This document shows positions 52,998 to 64,000 of a DNA stretch of 64,000 nucleotides, piece after piece (position 1 is the first letter of the stretch; each line of letters begins with the position of its first letter). The position numbers were made by a program, and so were the translations under genes. The notes below the pieces were generated by a model. That model searched no databases. It was not told the DNA's origin and was given only the letters and a program-made list of their open reading frames with translations. The stretch is from Antedon mediterranea (Eukaryota; Animalia; Echinodermata), in the NCBI RefSeq assembly GCF_964355755.1, contig NC_092677.1, positions 25,903,175 through 25,967,174 on the forward strand, written 5' to 3'.

Positions 52998-53525
52998 ATG
53001 GTGACGATTATTGGTGACTTTAAACCACACTGTGTTTTTAGTGGATCAGATGTTCTTGTAACATGTCGTGTGGAAGGAATAAAGGACAAGCATTTTGTAA
53101 GCTGGCTTAAAGATGGACAAGAGATTATCCAAGGTGAAGAAAAGTGCGTAAATTTTTACACCGGTACAGATGGAAAATACAGTCTTGAAATACTATTTGC
53201 AAATCTTACTGATGAGGGAACATATTCACTCAGAGTATACGAAAAACGCTTTTTAAGAAATCCAAAACAGATTGCACAAGCAGAAATTATGTTTGTGAGT
53301 GTTTCCAAAAAGTCTGATGATGAACAATTGAAATGCAGATTTGTGAATGAAGCGTTATGCCGACCCAGTGGCGTACAGAGGCCCTCGGCCCCTGGTTTAG
53401 GAACCCGAAGTGGCCCTCCATCTCTGGAACCCTTGGGCGTTTTTAACCCTTTTTGGTATATTTTAATGCCTGTATTTTTCCTCTTGACACTGCTCCGGCG
53501 CCTCTTGGCCCGTGAGCGCACATAG
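52998..53525 (+). CDS. Single I-set-like Ig-domain protein, copy 1; C-terminal ~53 codons come from a MITE; may be a pseudogene
   Basis: GSDVLVTCRVEG...VSWLKDGQEI...GKYSLEI...DEGTYSLRV is an I-set signature. Upstream donor (52636) and acceptor (52977) are conserved in copy 2. Confidence 0.6.
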   Translation: MVTIIGDFKPHCVFSGSDVLVTCRVEGIKDKHFVSWLKDGQEIIQGEEKCVNFYTGTDGKYSLEILFANLTDEGTYSLRVYEKRFLRNPKQIAQAEIMFVSVSKKSDDEQLKCRFVNEALCRPSGVQRPSAPGLGTRSGPPSLEPLGVFNPFWYILMPVFFLLTLLRRLLARERT

Positions 53526-53539
53526 CCGTAACGCCACTG
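53366..53539 (+). mobile_element. hAT-type MITE inserted at the 3' end of Ig copy 1
   Basis: Termini CAGTGGCGT...ACGCCACTG; 8 extra bp relative to the empty paralogous site near 55275. Confidence 0.75.
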
Positions 53540-53951
53540 CACGGATGAGTTTCAAATGTTGCACATATGTTCACTAGGGCATATACTTTATACTCGAAAA
53601 ATCACTGTAGCCAAACAAATTGAATTCTATGACCATAAAGAGATTAATGATTAATAAATGCCATTTTGTTGTTTTGAAAATATCAAAGAACAAGTAGGAG
53701 GATTGCTGTTTATTTGGTTGTAATGATTGGCATTCTTTCCCATTTTTTTTTTCAAACATTCCTTTGGATCTGGATTGATGGATACATCAGCTATGTTTCC
53801 ATGGATATTAAATATGTCCTGCATTCAATTAAATTCAAAAAGAAAAAACAAAAGCTTTTTTCCTCAAGAAAAAGTCAAGGTACCCTGGCATAGACTGTGA
53901 GGTCCATCCAGAAATCAGAATATATATATATATATATTAATTAAATTTCAC

Positions 53952-53993
53952 TTGCACTGATGAAGGGCTAGTGTTGTCTGAAAGCTCTGCTAA
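53952..53993 (+). ncRNA. Minimal type I hammerhead ribozyme motif (Penelope-like element type)
   Basis: UUGCA-CUGAUGA-A-GGGC-UAGUGUU-GUCU-GAAA-GCUC-UGCUA: intact core, G-U-containing stem II, palindromic AGCU stem III, CUC triplet, short stem I. Confidence 0.7.
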
Positions 53994-55048
53994 TTTTTCT
54001 GGCTGTTTTACTTTATTTTACTTTATATCTCCATTGAGATCCAGCCAGTGATACCCACAGCATTGTCATTTTTTCAGTAATTTGCCTATGGATTTAATTA
54101 AATTTTAGTATATCACCGGGTGGTTTAGAATTTTGTCTGTGCGTGTGATGTGTGTATATATCTCGGTTGGGGCGACTTTTTCTCATTCTCACAGATTTCC
54201 TCATCTTTATCGTTTCAAATTAATTAATTAAATTTCAGTATATCACCGGGCGGTTTAGAATTAATGTTCTTTGCCTGCTGTGTTTATATATATATATATA
54301 TATATATATACAGTATATCAGAAAGATAAGATAAAAACAAATGAAAATAATCAAACATTTAATTTCTCACCTTAATTGCAGACATCCTGATTATTAGCCT
54401 AAAAAATATAATATAATATTTATTCATTGTCAAACCTGTCTATATTTTGAGAAGATAAAACACACAACAACAAAAAACAACTTTGTTTATGGTTGCACTG
54501 AAACAGGCCAATGTGAGAGTCTGATGTTACTACAGACTTTAATAAAGAGTATATCAATTGTATAATTCTGGAGCTAATTTATTTCATAGTAACACTCGAA
54601 ATAAATTCATCATTTTCTTTTATTCTTTTCAAGAATAATTATTATATTAATACGTTCTATTAAAAGCTCAAGATGTAGTCGTCCATAAACGGTGTACTGT
54701 ACTCTCTCCAATCTTCTATCAAACTTAAATTATTCAAAAAGACAAAATCTGTGAAAGCGTCAATTCTAGCCATGAATGGTTCTATTGTGGTTTGTAAGTC
54801 AACAAGTTGATTAATGTCAGTGTCATATTTGTTCACTTTGACCAAAAATTGGACCGAAAAAAATGTATTTACCTGAAAAAACTGTAATTTAAAGGAAAAA
54901 ATACTCAAATTGGCTGCCAGCCAATGGGTTTCAGTTATAAAATTTTTTTCTACGGTAGTGACTAACTTTGTTAAAACTACAAAATGGCCTATTGAAATTC
55001 TGATTTTATTAATCTACATTTTTCATGCATCTTTAACTGATAAAAAAA

Positions 55049-55270
55049 ATGGAAAATACAGATGGAAAATACAGTCTTAAAATAAAAAATGCAGACATTA
55101 CTGATGAGGGAACATATTCACTCAGAGTTTACGAACAACGCTGTTCCAGAAATCTAAAGCAGATTGCACAAGCACACATTGCGCTTGTGAATGTTTGCAG
55201 TTCAAAGACTAGTGAAAAACCGAACCGCAGATTAACATTTTCAAATTCACATTTTCAAATTCATGAGTGA
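55049..55270 (+). pseudogene. 5'-truncated Ig-domain paralogue without the MITE
   Basis: TDGKYSLKIKNADITDEGTYSLRVYE is homologous to copies 1 and 2, and downstream 55295-55560 matches 53550-53830. The 5' half is replaced by a dispersed repeat (54830-55030, also at ~34370-34625). Confidence 0.7.
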
Positions 55271-57185
55271 ATCGTTACAAGGATGACAAATTTTTCAAAT
55301 GTTGCACATATGTTCACTAGGGCATATACTCTATACTCGAAAAATCACTGTAGCCAAACACAAATTGTATTCTAGCACCATAAATAGATTAATGATTTAA
55401 AAATTAGGAAAATATCAAAGAACAAGGATTGCTGTTTATTTGGTTGTATATGATTGGCATTCTTTCCCATTTTTGGGGTTTTATTTCAAACATTCCTTTG
55501 GATCTGGATTTTGTCTATTGTGCTATGTCTCCATGGATATAAAAGAAATAATTCATTCACTTAAATTAACAAAATATATTTACGAAAAACAAAAACTTTT
55601 TTATTTAATAATTTAAACACTGCATTGAATAGATTTGATCAATATATGTGTTAAAAATGAACAATTGGAAATTTCAACCCCGGAGGACCCCTTTAAGGAT
55701 CAAGTTACCCATTTTTAAGTTCAAAGTGTATCATGCAATTACTGGTGCCCAATATGTGTAGTTGTTACCGTTAATCACTCTGAATCAATGTATGCTCAGT
55801 CAGCCAATATTTGCCAAAATAAAAGGCGAATACATTCTACGGTCGTAAATTCACATTTCCGCCTACCTCCTCCTGCACATGTTACTGTTACCACAGAGAA
55901 TGAGTCATCGAGTAAAAATAAGTAAATATATTTGTTGTTTCAACTTTTGATCTCTTTTGTCTGACAAAAAACTGCAGGTTTTTTAAATTAAACCAATTAT
56001 AATTTAAATTGTCTGTCTTGCTCCTACCAAAATGTACAAAATACAGTTTTAAAGCCTAAATATAAAAGCAACACGTAAATACTGCTACTACGTCAGGTGT
56101 TTTTATATCGTATTTGTATGTGGCTCGGAAGAGCAGAAGAGGAAAATAAATCATCCTAAAGGAACACCATAAAAATGGTAAAAAATTTGCCAAACTTACC
56201 AGATATTTAGAATTATACTGTAAGAACTTAATGATTAAAGTTCAGTCTTGAGTACAGTAAACTCTTACTGAAGCAACTTATCACCTATGAATGGATCTCA
56301 GTTTGTGTTTGTGAAATCAACTGGAACCGTACTTATATTTTGTCGCGGCGATAAATTCAAAGGCGGTTAAATCATTGTAAACGCCCTCTCTCGTCGTCAA
56401 ACGAGACGGTCTTATCTTTTGACGACACATGTACTAAGAATGGACAACAGATGGCGCTATGGTAATTGTATAATAAAAGCGCACTCTTCCCTGATAAAAG
56501 TACTCTGACACAACAAATTGTCAAGAATAAAACTATTTACGGCCATTGATTTTGTTATACACGAAGTATTCCTTCACTTTGAAATATATGTAAGCTAAAA
56601 ATGAAAGCAATACTGGTATGGGGCAAGTATACCCATCAAGGAACATCAGTGGGCCAAATGTGAGCACGTACCATTCAGCGGTTTCGGAGGAGATACGTAA
56701 AATGACGTGACCAAATTAGTAGCATTTAATAGATAAACAATTTATATAACTATAGGTGGGTAGAGAGGTTTTTGATTTTTGACAATTGTTCATAATCAAA
56801 TCTATGTTAAGAAATGAATATGTTAAGAAAATGAATATGTTAAGAAAGAATACGTTAATAAGAAAAATGAACACGCTAGAGCGTGGTTCCCACTACAACG
56901 CAACGCAGCGACGTATCGACACAAAATGATGTATTGCGTAATCACAAGTGGGAACCGACGACGCGCAACAGTGCTGCAGAAATCGCAGGTTTGGTTTCAC
57001 GTAGGCGGGGGAAAACACAATTATTGGAAGGGCATTTTCTTACGGTGCGTAGGTTACGTTACGTTGCGTTGCAAGTGGGAACCAAGCTTTAGATATGAAT
57101 ACGCTAAGAAATTAAAATGTTAATGAATATGTTAAGAAAGAATACGTTAATAAGAAAAATGAACACGCTAGAGCGTGGTTCCCAC

Positions 57186-58608
57186 CAGGGGTGGCGCCAG
57201 GATCTTCCCGACGCGGGGGCTACATTCCCCGACGAGGGGGCTATGCGAGCGAAGCGAGCATCACTAGGCTGGGGGACAGGGGGGCCGGCAAGGGCCCCCG
57301 GTGGGGGTCCAGGGGGCGAAGCCCCCGGAAGCAACGCATTCTAGCGTCATTTGAGGTCATTTTAATCAGATTTAGGGTAGCCATTTTTTCCATTTTTTAT
57401 AATGCATAAATAAAATACTGCGTGCAAAAAAACGATGCGCGATGACTGTTTCAATCCATATTTTTCAATTTAAAAAATAAAAGTTCAACGAAAATTTAGA
57501 AAAATAGAGTTGGAGGTCCAAAATATATAAGTCCCTATCATGGTTGTGACTGAGCTAAGAAATGTTTGAAAAATAGAGATGTTAGGTCCCGGAAAATGCA
57601 CTTCTTGTTCTTCGAAATATGACCAGCTTTATTGTTGGGGCTGAGCTAAGAAAATGTTTAAAACTAGAGCTGCAGGTCTTCAAAAAATTGCATTTTATAC
57701 TTCGGAAACGTCAGGCCTAGAGGCTTAAAAAGCGCAAGCGTAGACCTTTTTCAGTCGGGGAAATAAGTTTATTCCTCCCAAGTGTATGCGTGCGTACCAT
57801 CTGGACTTCCGAGTGGTGAGAAATTCATGACATAGGCCTACAGGATATTGAAAATGTAATAACTTAGCTATAATAAGATGTTGGCTAAGCGAAAATAGCA
57901 TGTTTTTTTGTTTAGTACGGAATGGATGAAAAATTTATTTTAGGTGCCCCACGGTACAGAAGGTTACTTGTAAATTAAAAAATTGGTGAACATACGAACA
58001 ATTAACATAATTCGTTTTTGCTGTAGTGTAGCGTACGTCGACGCAGTACACGACGTAACCGTCGGTAAACTTCGCCTGGAAAATAACTACAGTACACATT
58101 TTGGTCCCTGGATGGAACATGATATCACGCGTCTCGACCCAACGTTGAACGATTCGTACAAAAGTGAACGCGAACGCTTTTTACTGTATATTATATTCCC
58201 CGACAAAAAGTACCCGTGTTCCCTTCGGTAACCGTCGGTATACTTCGCCTGGAAAATAACCACATTACACATTTTAGTCCCTGGATGAAACTTGATATCA
58301 CGCGTCTCGACCCAACGTTGAACGATTCGTACAAAGGGATACCGCCAGACAAGTGCGTACCTAGCTAATGTTTAGTAGTAAGTTAGATTGCATAAAAGTG
58401 CATATTAGCCCTCTGACGTACTCTCACGGTCAATTGAACGTCGTGGTTTTCTAGGCGCTGAAGCTATAGGCCTATGAAGTGAACGCGAACGTTTTTTACT
58501 GTATATTATATTCCCCGACAAAAAGTACCCGTGTTCCCCGACGGGGGGGCTAGGCTCCCCGACGAGGGGGCTAGAGCCCCCGTAGCCCCCCCGCTGGCGC
58601 CACCACTG
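57186..58608. mobile_element. Non-autonomous hAT-type DNA transposon (1423 bp)
   Basis: 15-bp TIRs CAGGGGTGGCGCCAG / CTGGCGCCACCACTG (14/15), perfect 8-bp TSD GTTCCCAC (57178-85 and 58609-16), subterminal CCCGACG.GGGGGCTA repeats, no transposase ORF. Confidence 0.9.
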
Positions 58609-58811
58609 GTTCCCACTAGAACGCAACGCAGCGACGTATCGACACAAAATGATGTATTGCGTAATCACAATTAAGTGGGAACCGACGACGCGCAACAGTG
58701 CTGCAGAAATCGCAGGTTTGGTTTCACGTAGGCGGGGGAAAACACAATTATTGGAAGGGCATTTTCTTACGTTGCGTAGGTTACGTTACGTTGCGTCGCA
58801 GACAGTGGAAC

Positions 58812-59090
58812 CGTAATTACGTAGCCATAACATCGGCAGGGTTCGAGGCTCACTCACTCCATGGTTCTGGTGGTAGAACGAGTCTTCTCGGATAAGGACT
58901 ATAAACCGTAGGTCCAGTGTACACATCTAGTTCGTGTGCACTTTAAAGAACCTGGTACATCTTTCGAGACGAGTAGGGGGTTACCCCGGTGTATTAGTAC
59001 ATCACAGCCACTGATCACCAACTGGGCCCTCTGGGAGACCAGTCTTTGACTGAAGAGGTTACCCAGTATAAATATAAATTTCAATTTCAA
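58812..59090 (+). mobile_element. 5'-truncated tRNA-derived SINE with Deu/Nin central domain
   Basis: B-box-like GGGTTCGAGGC, then GGATAAGGACTATAAACCGTAGGTCC...GCACTTTAAAGAACC...TTCGAGACGAGTAGGGGGTTACCCCGGTG, resembling the Deu domain of DeuSINE/AmnSINE1 as I recall it; ends in (ATTTCA)n. Confidence 0.7.
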
Positions 59091-59705
59091 TAGATATGAA
59101 TACGCTAAGAAATTAAAATGTTAATGAATATGTTAAGATATGAATGTTATGAAAATTCATTATGAAATGAATATATATTAGTAATAAAAGAATAATAATA
59201 AAATCTGGACTGACCTTGATATACTCAATTGGAAAAACCATATCTAAAAATAAATGGAATTGTTTCCTGAACATCATTACCTGATAGGCCTACTGAAATG
59301 TGTTGAATAGAAACACACATCAGATCCAAGAACTAACAAAGAAGGTAAGTAAGTTTACATGTCTGTATCTGTACAAAACATGTATATACTTCTAATTGAA
59401 GAAGTAAAGTAAAGAATCGGTCTTTAGGCCTAATCATGGAGTCATGCTTTAATTTAAACCATCCTTTATTTATATAGTTAGCCTTCTTTAAAGCTTCCTT
59501 AAATACCACTGTAGGCCTGTAGCAGGTATGCTGTAGGGCTAGGCCTACTGCACCTATGTAGATCAATATAATGGGTTTTTTTTCAACATCATGTATTCAT
59601 TAGTAAAACAACTTATGAATAAGTTTTGTCTGACATTTTAAATTCTATATTATTTTTAAAAATGCTTTCTTTTTTTATATATAAGAATCTTTACAATATT
59701 TCACA

Positions 59706-60260
59706 ATGGTGAAGATTATTGGTGACTTTAAACCACACTGTGTTTTTTGTGGATCAGATATCCTTGTAACATGTCATGTGGAAGGAATAAAGGACAAGCA
59801 TGTTGTAAGCTGGCTTAAAGATGGAGAAGAGATTATCCGAGGTGAAGAAATGTTGGTAGATGATTACACCAGTAAGCGAATGTTTCCTACAGTCGATACA
59901 GATGGAAAATACAGCCTAAAAATAATAAATGCAGAAATTACTGATGGAGGAACATATTCAATCAGAGTTTACGAAAAAGGCCTTTCCAGAAGTCCAAAAC
60001 AGATTGCACAAGCAGACATTGTGAGTGTTGAGTGCAAAAAGTCTGATGAACAACTGAAATGCAGAATTGTGGATAAAGCGTTACACCGACCCAGAAGCGT
60101 ACAGAGGCCCGAGGCCCCTGATTTAGGAACCCGAAGTGGCCCTCCATCTCTGGAACCCTCTGGAATTTATAGCCTTTTTAGATATATTTTAATGCATGTT
60201 TTCCCCCTCTGGACATGGCTAAGAGGCCTCATAAGCTCTAAGGCCCCTGTTAGCCAGTGA
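59706..60260 (+). CDS. Single I-set-like Ig-domain protein, copy 2, with the same MITE-derived tail
   Basis: Paralogue of 52998-53525 within a ~1.2-kb duplication (52601-53800 vs 59316-60490); ORF intact. Confidence 0.6.
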   Translation: MVKIIGDFKPHCVFCGSDILVTCHVEGIKDKHVVSWLKDGEEIIRGEEMLVDDYTSKRMFPTVDTDGKYSLKIINAEITDGGTYSIRVYEKGLSRSPKQIAQADIVSVECKKSDEQLKCRIVDKALHRPRSVQRPEAPDLGTRSGPPSLEPSGIYSLFRYILMHVFPLWTWLRGLISSKAPVSQ

Positions 60261-60539
60261 GCGCTCATAGTCATTACGCCACCACTGCACGGATGTCAAG
60301 TTTGCAAGTTTTGCACATGTTCACTAGGGCATCTCGACAAATCATAGTATTAGTATAAAAGAAAAAATGATTATATGACCATAAGAGAATGATTTAAATA
60401 TGCCATTTGGTTAGCAATACTCCAGTGTTGGTTGTTATTTTCCTATGTATTAAATTGTATTGATTGGCATTCTTTCACACGTTCCTTCGGATACTGTTCT
60501 TCGGTATAATAATAATAAATGTAATATGTACCGTAAATC

Positions 60540-60775
60540 TATAGTAACCCACACTCTATTTTCAGTTGCATAATTTTAGATTAGTACCCTTCCCCCCCCC
60601 CTTTCTAATAGTAACCCCCACCCTTTTCTAATAGTAACCGCCCCCCTTTCTAATAGTTACCTCCCTCCCCCACCTTTCTAATAGTACCCCCTCCCCTTTC
60701 TAATAGTAACCCCCTCCCCCTTTCTAATAGTAACCCATCCTAAAAAAACAATCAAAGAATAGTAACCCAGAGTGT
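60540..60775. repeat. (CCCCTTTCTAATAGTAACCC)-type ~22-bp tandem repeats
   Basis: About 6 units after a TACCGTA terminus-like sequence; probably MITE-internal. Confidence 0.75.
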
Positions 60776-60908
60776 AATACTCTTATCTGGAACCATAAAC
60801 ATAGGCCTAATTCTGGATAGTGAGCTAATACTATACTTCCAGACTGAGACAACAAAACCAGGGAAGAATTTATTAAATAATTTTACTCCTTCTTTGCTAT
60901 CAATGTTA

Positions 60909-61096
60909 TATTATACAGATATTGCCTGCTTAGAGGTAAATAAGATTTGACATCCGTCTCGGGCGATGATATTTTGTTCGAGGGAATATATTTCCCTCAG
61001 CGCGCGCTTCGGGCAATATATTCCTTACAAAATATCATTCCCTCGGGGATATCAAATCTTATATTTTACCTTTAAGCAGGCAATATCTGTATAATG
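60909..61096. mobile_element. Near-perfect ~190-bp foldback palindrome, non-autonomous element (possibly Crypton-associated type)
   Basis: ATTATACAGATATTGCCTGCTTAGAGGTAAA... pairs with ...TTTACCTTTAAGCAGGCAATATCTGTATAAT around a GCGCGCGCTTCG centre. Confidence 0.65.
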
Positions 61097-62231
61097 TTAC
61101 ATGTACAATTTTCCTATTATATTTTTTTTTATTAGTATTTTTTGTAGAATTTCGTCTGTTTGTAACAACTGTGTTTGTCAAAATCCTGAATTATATTGTC
61201 CATGAATTAGTTAACACTGCTGCCAATCTATAGATTAGATCAACTTTTAGGCTTTTCTTTTTGTTATTTTAATGTGTGTTTTTATATTTATATCTATATT
61301 TGCATCCTGTAATTGGTGTATACACTGTTGGATGTAAAATAATGAATACAAATAATATAATGTCTATATTTACACCACAGTCAGTAAATCACATATTACT
61401 GCGTGCGTCTATTTGCTTTTGACGAAGATTTTTTTTAAAGAGAATTATTAAAATTACATCAAGATTTAATATTGTTGTTTTCCGATTTTCATCCAACTCA
61501 GCCAATGAATATTATTCACAAATCAAGGAACCTTGAAAAACAGGATAATTCCATTTTATAATAGGGGTCAATATAACCCGATTTTATCCGTATATTAACA
61601 ACTAATTGTACGCGTTTGTTGTTTTTTTAAATTACTTTATTACTTATTTATCATTTGACTAATTCTATTTAATGTGGATAATACCATTGTGGTTTATCCC
61701 AATGTCGCAAGGAACTTGTCTCTTCTGTCATTTTAGATTCATTGTCACCAACAACAAAGTGTGAAGTAGCCAGCAATGAAAAGATGTCCTTAAAATAGGA
61801 CGGAGATTTGATAATTATTTACATTCAGATTTCAGTTAAGGGTCCTTGTTGAAAAGCTTTTAGTTTAAAACGTACTTTAGAGTTTAGACCCCTTTATACT
61901 TTTATCGATTTGTTTATCTTTAAGGCCACTGTGTAGTAGCTTACGACCGTCGTACCGCACCGCGTTGTTCAGTGGAACGGTCTGCGACGCGGAAACGTTT
62001 TTGCGCAGTCGCAGAAGAATTTATTGAATTCGATCCTACCGAACATCCTCAGGCGTTGAATAGTCAGTACTCATTATTATAGCCCAACTGGAATACATAT
62101 CTGTGTACTAACTAACCGTAGTTGTTGTCTTCGTGTTGTAGGATAATACTCACACACACCCGCCTTTGTTTACGTGCAAAGAACGGACGGATCTCTGGAT
62201 ATTTTACTGACTTTACGGATAATATAAAACC

Positions 62232-62322
62232 ATGCGGTTGTCCAAAATGGATATTAAATTATCGTTATTCATTGTAATATTATTATCAGCATTGGTTCAA
62301 AGCACAACAGAGATAGATAATC
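62232..62322 (+). CDS. Probable first coding exon (signal peptide) of a secreted or membrane protein that continues beyond the window
   Basis: ACCATG context; MRLSKMDIKLSLFIVILLSALVQSTTEIDN has basic n-, hydrophobic h- and VQS c-regions; phase-1 donor GTGAGT; CpG-richer upstream region. Confidence 0.55.
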
Positions 62323-64000
62323 GTGAGTATAATTTTATGTCAATATTTATTGTTGTATATGTACATCATTCATAATAATTTCAGTGAACAAATACGTTTA
62401 AAATAATTAAACCATGAATTAAATTGTATTAGCAAATTATAGGGTCGACAAGCTGATGTAGGCCTACATGAAATCATTATTGACAAGCTAACATATATTA
62501 TTACGTAATACTAAAGAGAGAACATTAATTATGAGCTTTGTTTACGACATACAATAGCTATGTATACTGTTGTGTGAATAACTCACTTCATTCTCATTCA
62601 GAATCAGATTTAGTTATTCTAATATTTTACAAGAAAAACACGTAACATAACAAAGTAGGCATTCACATAAATGTAATATTAACGTTTTTGATTTCTGCTA
62701 ATGGCTTTTGTCTAAATGTCCTGACGAAGCTATGGTTTGTATGTTAAGTGTATTTGTAAGATTGTACGATTGTTATTGTGTCTTATGGACATGATTTACT
62801 CGGAACAAAAGACAATTCTTCTGATTGAATAATTTATTTCGAACCATCAACTCTGTATATTTATTACTTGTATATTAACCCTGCACATCCGTACATGATA
62901 AATACAGAATGATATTTATTAAATACAGATATTAAATGCACTCCGATAAATTTTTTACTTTAAAAAATAAGCTAATCTTTGATTCCAGTGTATTAGCTAT
63001 ATATACATTCTTTACCTCAACATGCTTCTACATTTCCGTTTATACCTTTATAAACAACATGTATTATTGAAAGTATTGTTGTATTTCTAAAAGTGTATGG
63101 TTGAATAAACATTATAAACGTTGTTTATTTCAAAAAGTGAACTCATTGTACCCTCATGCACGTTGTAACAAATCACCCAAATAAATGAGGTTAAACTCCT
63201 ACTTGTCTTCGTGAGTCACCAATTCGATGAAGTATGTCAAAAACTAACAACCCGAGAGTTATATCACCACTCAGTTTATTAATTGCAACAATAAATTCTG
63301 CTAAAGATAAAAGTCATCTTCATTTAACGTTGATTCAACATACTGTAATTGAATACAAGGAGTGTAACCATACAACAGTAATAATACTGTATTATTTTTT
63401 ACTGTATTACTACTGTACCTAATATTTGTCATAATTACTGCAAAATTAATAGTGCAGTTACAGTATACTGTAGTCCTCTTGTCAATTGGCTCTGCCGCAG
63501 TTATTTCGTTCACTTACTGTAGGCTGACCCTTGTCTCCCAAATTCATTTGTTTTTAAATTTTAATAATATAATATTTAACATACAAAAAATGTGTTCATT
63601 GTCCACCTTTTCGAGAGTGTTTTAATCAAGAATATAAATTTAATTAGTAAATTTAGTTAGTAGTTTTTCGATAATTTAAGTGTGTACTGTTATTTAGATT
63701 TTCCATTCTGTAGGCCAGTATAAATTCACTACAGTATGAATTATGCAATGAATTAATATTATTTAAAACCAGTGTATGTTTATCCCTGGAGGATGGTGGT
63801 TCATTACGCTTCGTGTATTACTGTTTATCATTTTACAATTTGTGGTAAGCCAGTTGTAATCGTTTCGAATTCGATTCGTAAAAAGCAAGCCATCTCCGCC
63901 ATATTCTTTACTGCAATTCCATAACACATGACTGCCTGCTTTGTTGTCGAAGCTCGTGTTTCAAAATTGTTTGATAGACCAAGCTGGCAGCCAGGATCAA

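Overview
AT-rich, intron-containing animal genomic DNA, not prokaryotic. The gene set, Deu/Nin-domain SINEs and Penelope-type hammerheads suggest an invertebrate deuterostome such as an echinoderm; this assignment is inference only. Spliced genes I could assemble by hand, in order: 3' part of Borealin/CDCA8 (+), ENY2 (+), a theta-class GST (-), an AQP11/12-type aquaporin (+), OTUD6B (-) head-to-head with RABGGTA (+), an uncharacterised 7-exon ~553-aa gene with an N-terminal Myb/SANT-like domain and a C-terminal region resembling a catalytically dead PD-(D/E)XK fold (+), a KIFC3-like kinesin-14 (-), two duplicated single-Ig-domain ORFs plus a fragment (+), and a signal-peptide first exon near the end. 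Introns and intergenic DNA are dense with non-autonomous elements: four Harbinger-type MITE families with TWA duplications, hAT-type MITEs, pogo/Tigger-type MITEs, CR1-group LINE ends, SINEs and minisatellites. Best leads: the Myb/SANT + nuclease-like fusion gene, two minimal hammerhead ribozymes, a MITE that supplies a hydrophobic C-terminal tail to the Ig proteins (with an empty-site paralogue in the window), RABGGTA's two U12-type introns plus a GC-AG intron, and strong TAGGCCTA enrichment. All family calls come from motif recognition; no database searches were run.
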